Shown one piece after another: positions 60,172 to 64,000 of a stretch of DNA of 64,000 nt (position 1 is the first letter of the stretch; every line of letters begins with the position of its first letter). A program made the translations under genes and the position numbers. Below the pieces are notes generated by a model. It was not told where the DNA came from. It did no database searches and worked only from the letters and a program-made list of their open reading frames with translations. The DNA is taken from assembly GCA_018238155.1 (NCBI GenBank), contig JABCTZ010000037.1:32001-96000 (forward strand), read 5' to 3'. The stretch comes from Candidatus Heimdallarchaeota archaeon. Its GTDB lineage: Archaea; Asgardarchaeota; Heimdallarchaeia; JABLTI01.

Positions 60172-61269
60172 GTGAAAGTAATGTCAAAAGAAAAAAGAAA
60201 GAAAGAATTAGAAAAAGAAATCGAAAAATTACAGAGCAAACTCAGTGGTTTGGATGATGGAAAACGAAATGACAATGACGATGTTTTTAATGAAGAAAGA
60301 AAAGCTCGCCGTAGAAGAAGATCTGAACATATGGAAACATTAAATCCTGTACCGCCACTACCACCGAAACATGAGGGTTCACGCAAACACAGAAAAACTG
60401 GAAGAGTAGTGAAAGTTATTGGGATCAGCGAAAAAGAAAGAGAACAATTACGTAAAGAAGCAGAACAACTGAAACAAGAAAAACTTCGTTTAAGAGAAGA
60501 AGCTCATAGAATGAAAGAATCTCTGAATGTAAAGAAGCGTGAATTTACTGATTTTCGTAGAGAATTAAGAGAACGAGAAAATGATCTTAGAGTACGAGAA
60601 CGCGATTTACGAACTAAGCGTGTTCAAAGTCATAGCTATTCTTGGGACTCGGATATTGATGAAGATATGGAGACCTTAACAGATGATCTTGAGCTCCAGC
60701 TTGGCGACTACACACGCTCAATTCTGGCATCTGTTGCTCAAAGTCTAAAATCATCAATGGGAGTAGTTGTGAGAGGAGCAGATGATGTTGGAATGGAAAT
60801 GAAGCAAGTAGGAATCGAGCTTGATAAAATCGGAAAAGAAATTGGCGAGAAACTCACCAAAGAAGTTTATGTGAGTGTAGGAGCAAATATTCCTGAAGAT
60901 AAACTCGAAGAATTTTATGAAATTGGGTCTACAATTGTAGCGGCTATTGGTGACTCAAATCGTTTGAAAATTCTCAAGGAATTAGAACGTGGACCAAAGT
61001 ACCAAAAAGAGCTTAGCGATATAACAAACCTCAGAGGTGGTACGTTTAAGCACCACATGGATCGTCTTCTAGCCAAAGAAGTTAAATTTGTCACTCAAGA
61101 AGTCGTTCGAGGTAGATATTTGTTAACTACTCGAGGTCGAGAAGCTTTGAAACTAGCAGAGATGCAATTTAGGCGCTATCTTCAAGAGAAAGAGCGCGAG
61201 GATATGTCAGGTTCTCTTAATAAAGACAAACTTGACCTCGATGAGGAATTCGATGTGGATATTAAATAA
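60172..61269 (+). CDS. Coiled-coil protein with C-terminal ArsR-type winged HTH
   Basis: AIGDSNRLKILKELERGPKYQKELSDITNLRGGTFKHHMDRL...RGRYLLTTRGREAL. Confidence 0.85.
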   Translation: MKVMSKEKRKKELEKEIEKLQSKLSGLDDGKRNDNDDVFNEERKARRRRRSEHMETLNPVPPLPPKHEGSRKHRKTGRVVKVIGISEKEREQLRKEAEQLKQEKLRLREEAHRMKESLNVKKREFTDFRRELRERENDLRVRERDLRTKRVQSHSYSWDSDIDEDMETLTDDLELQLGDYTRSILASVAQSLKSSMGVVVRGADDVGMEMKQVGIELDKIGKEIGEKLTKEVYVSVGANIPEDKLEEFYEIGSTIVAAIGDSNRLKILKELERGPKYQKELSDITNLRGGTFKHHMDRLLAKEVKFVTQEVVRGRYLLTTRGREALKLAEMQFRRYLQEKEREDMSGSLNKDKLDLDEEFDVDIK

Positions 61270-61275
61270 TCTGGA

Positions 61276-62004
61276 GTGTATAAAGCAATGAAATTAGAGT
61301 TAATTAACGAGCCCTTACGAACAACTCAAAGAGCGATCATTATAGACCTTGAAGATACAATGATCACTATTAGCAAGAGATCACATATTTTTCCAGTGAT
61401 TGATACACGAACGTATGAAAATATCGGTTATTACCTTATAGGAGATATTTATCTTGGTTCTGATACTATTGTTAACACTGCTAAAGGCGCTGTAGGAAGC
61501 TCCATTGAAAAGCTTGCTCGAGAAGCTTTCATTAAATGTGAAACGATTGATTTCTCCAATACTAAAGCAGATAACTTGTCTGATAAAGACTTTAGAAAAG
61601 TCGAAATCAAAGCTTATCGTCATTTTGAAAAAATCTACAAAAGCCATTTCAATGGAAAAAGTAACCTTACAATTAACAACAAAAGGTTTGACAAATATAA
61701 CAAAATAGAGGATCTGGAATTCTACACCTATTTATTCGATCCAGAAGAATTTATTTTAATTAAGGATAATCACACAATTGTTGCCATCGCCAGTTTAGAA
61801 AAAGATGTTATTATCTGTGACAAAAAGAAGAACTCCTATATTAAAGTATCAAAGGATACAGGTGTTAAAATTCACAATGATGACGGTCAAGTTGTCAATG
61901 TTGATTCAACAGGTGGAATCATTATCAACGGAAAAAATCTTAAAGAAGTGATTTCAGGAGCATTAAAACCTCTTTCCAACATGTTTGATAAAAACAATCA
62001 TTAG
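61276..62004 (+). CDS. Hypothetical protein, probably co-transcribed with the ArsR gene
   Basis: 6 nt downstream of the ArsR stop; beta-rich. Confidence 0.65.
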   Translation: MYKAMKLELINEPLRTTQRAIIIDLEDTMITISKRSHIFPVIDTRTYENIGYYLIGDIYLGSDTIVNTAKGAVGSSIEKLAREAFIKCETIDFSNTKADNLSDKDFRKVEIKAYRHFEKIYKSHFNGKSNLTINNKRFDKYNKIEDLEFYTYLFDPEEFILIKDNHTIVAIASLEKDVIICDKKKNSYIKVSKDTGVKIHNDDGQVVNVDSTGGIIINGKNLKEVISGALKPLSNMFDKNNH

Positions 62005-62030
62005 AAAAAGGCAAGATACAAGCCTTTTTC
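62004..62030. terminator. Hairpin between convergent genes
   Basis: GAAAAAGGC-aagatacaa-GCCTTTTTC. Confidence 0.5.
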
Positions 62031-62051
62031 AGTTACTTTTTAACAACGATT

Positions 62052-62816
62052 TTACTTTGGAGAAGACTTAATTGCTTTCGCTTCTTTTGCCGCTTTTTTC
62101 AAGGTAGTAATTTGTCTTTTCATTTTCTTAATTTCTTTATCATTTTTTGTTACTTGATCCATCAGTTTAGTGATTTCAGTTGTAAGTGACAAAACTTTAT
62201 CGTCTAATGATACATATGTCTCAGGTGATTTAATTTCTGTTTGAGTAACAACCTCTTCCTCTATTGAATCTGTAGGAGGTTGATATGCTTCACTCATCGT
62301 CTCTTTACGACGCAAAGGTTTTGGCGTTTTAAGCTGATATCTACCTGTGCTATCTGAAGTAGCATCAAATTTAGATTTCTCTGGAGGGTGATATTCAATT
62401 GAAGATGTTTTACCAGATCTTCTATTAGAGTGAGCAACAATATTCTTAACGTTTATTGATTTTGGTACTAATCTTTTTTCTACTTCAACCACAGGTTCCT
62501 TTACGTCTATTTCACCATCTTGAGGAACTTGTTCGAGAAGTTCATTCACTACTCTATCAACAACTACAGGTGAGATATAAACCTCCTCTGCATCAAGCAT
62601 GAATCTCAACCCTGTTTCTACTTCTTGGGGTAATTCGTGTAATGATGTCCCTCTTAAGAGGGTCAATGTCTTGGATTGAATAGGTTGTCTTCCACGCATT
62701 AGAAATATGGCATAATATTTTCCATCGATTCCAAATTGGATTGAATATGTGGTTCCTGGAATTTTAGTTATGGCTTCATTCAAAGTAATACTTCCTTTTG
62801 TTACTCTATTGTACAA
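62052..62816 (-). CDS. Hypothetical protein with C-terminal coiled coil
   Basis: Globular N-terminus, low-complexity linker, heptad C-terminus. Confidence 0.65.
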   Translation of the reverse strand: MYNRVTKGSITLNEAITKIPGTTYSIQFGIDGKYYAIFLMRGRQPIQSKTLTLLRGTSLHELPQEVETGLRFMLDAEEVYISPVVVDRVVNELLEQVPQDGEIDVKEPVVEVEKRLVPKSINVKNIVAHSNRRSGKTSSIEYHPPEKSKFDATSDSTGRYQLKTPKPLRRKETMSEAYQPPTDSIEEEVVTQTEIKSPETYVSLDDKVLSLTTEITKLMDQVTKNDKEIKKMKRQITTLKKAAKEAKAIKSSPK

Positions 62817-62921
62817 TTTCTCGTATAAATCCCTTCTCTTGTTGACATGAAAATTTTATTCCTTTTTTTAAGATAAATTGATTAGTTAGAGAGTATATAG
62901 ATATGAAAATTATCGATTTAG

Positions 62922-63743
62922 ATGCGATGTTTGGTGAAAAAATTGGTAAAAGAAGAAAATCAACCATATAATCTTTTTAACATAATAAATGATAGACGGT
63001 CAATTAGAAAATTTCTCGATAAAGATGTTCCAGAGGATGTTATTGAAGAAATATTGAAAGCAGGGTTTCGAGCACCTTTTGCTTATCAAATAACGAGTAT
63101 AGTTTACACTCTTGACAAAGAAAAAATGAAAAAATTGAAAAGAATGGGTCTTTATCCTTCCACCAATCTTTTTATGGTATTCTTTTTTGATTTTAATCGA
63201 ATGGAAAAAATCATTCGAGCTAGAAATTACGAATACAACTTTGATGACAGCTTACTCTTGTGGATCGGATTACAAGATGTATCACTTGTAACTGAAAATG
63301 TAATTTTAGCTGCTGATGCTCTTGGGTTAGGGTCAGTTCTGCTAGGTGGAGCTCCTTTGATGGTTGAGCAAATAGCTGAAGTATTTAATGTCCCAGCTAA
63401 AGTTTTTCCCGTTGTTGGTTTATGTTTAGGTTACCCTGATCCAGAACATAAGATGGAAATTCGACCTCGATTTCCATTAAAACATACGGCTTTTAAAGAT
63501 AAATACATGGAACTCTCTGAAAAGGATTTGAAAGATTGTATGCACTCAATGGATGATGGATATATTACTCAAGGTTACTATATTAAACAAAATGCGAAAA
63601 TTCCTTTAGTAAAAGGAGATGATAATATAGAAATGAGTAGATATTCTTGGTGTGAGCATATCAGTAGAAAAATATCACAAGGGATGTGGTCTGATAAATC
63701 TCTAATTCAATTATTAAGAGAGCAAGGATTCAATTTAGATTGA
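62922..63743 (+). CDS. Nitroreductase family flavoprotein (NfsA-like)
   Basis: RRSIRKF, AGFRAP, QDVSLVTENVILAADALGLGSVLLGG, GLCLGYP, RPRFP. Confidence 0.9.
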   Translation: MRCLVKKLVKEENQPYNLFNIINDRRSIRKFLDKDVPEDVIEEILKAGFRAPFAYQITSIVYTLDKEKMKKLKRMGLYPSTNLFMVFFFDFNRMEKIIRARNYEYNFDDSLLLWIGLQDVSLVTENVILAADALGLGSVLLGGAPLMVEQIAEVFNVPAKVFPVVGLCLGYPDPEHKMEIRPRFPLKHTAFKDKYMELSEKDLKDCMHSMDDGYITQGYYIKQNAKIPLVKGDDNIEMSRYSWCEHISRKISQGMWSDKSLIQLLREQGFNLD

Positions 63744-64000
63744 ATCCAGATTCTTTTTCCCAAATTGGCAATCTTCTCTTAAAAAACAGCTACTACATAA
63801 AGGATTAGTTTTCCTACAATAGGTTTTAGCATGAATTACAAGTAAAGCATGAAATTCATTAAAAATGGAGATTTTTTTTTCGATCTTTTTCTCAAAATAT
63901 TCCTTCCACTTACTTTTACTTTGAAAAGAACCAAGACCTATTCGCTCGCTAATTCGAATGGTATATGTATCAATGATAAATTCGGGAGTGTTTAACAAGT
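63735..64000 (-). CDS. nth: Endonuclease III / HhH-GPD glycosylase, C-terminal part (5' end outside window)
   Basis: FIIDTYTIRISERIG, EFHALLVIHAKTYCRKTNPLCSSCFLREDC (4Fe-4S C-x6-C-x2-C-x5-C). Confidence 0.85.
   Translation of the reverse strand, partial: LLNTPEFIIDTYTIRISERIGLGSFQSKSKWKEYFEKKIEKKISIFNEFHALLVIHAKTYCRKTNPLCSSCFLREDCQFGKKNLDSI

Overview
AT-rich archaeal chromosomal segment, most likely an Asgard (Heimdallarchaeia-like) genome. This is inferred from the archaeal TrpRS, CarS, L40e and BHB-type tRNA intron, plus eukaryote-like proteins: a Rab-type GTPase, a multi-TM longin-like protein and an AAR2 homologue. Housekeeping genes (panE, carS, trpS, pyrF, nadA/nadC, rpl40e, nfi, nth, tRNA-Val(CAC), tRNA-Ser(GCT)) are interspersed with unusual elements. 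(1) A full-length homologue of the spliceosomal U5 assembly factor AAR2 next to an SF2 helicase. (2) Two unannotated, extensively self-complementary intergenic elements of about 320-380 nt (30812-31193 and 59548-59869) that share short motifs and match no RNA family I can recognise. (3) A 9.25-kb ABC-transporter island inserted into the 3' end of tldD, bounded by a 70-bp direct repeat and splitting a tldD-tldE pair. (4) A fluoride riboswitch with a visible anti-Shine-Dalgarno helix upstream of crcB. (5) A divergent pair of a CdvA-like coiled-coil protein and a PRC-barrel/HEAT protein. (6) A CDC48-N plus vWA protein. (7) An orphan, cysteine-less group 4 hydrogenase/NuoD plus NuoH-like pair. (8) A GGDEF-like plus PHP gene pair. 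(9) A MoxR/DUF58/DUF4350/DUF4129 cluster followed by a ParM-like actin. (10) Three palindromic operators around the promoter of an ArsR-type regulator. All assignments come from motif recognition by eye; no searches or folding programs were run.
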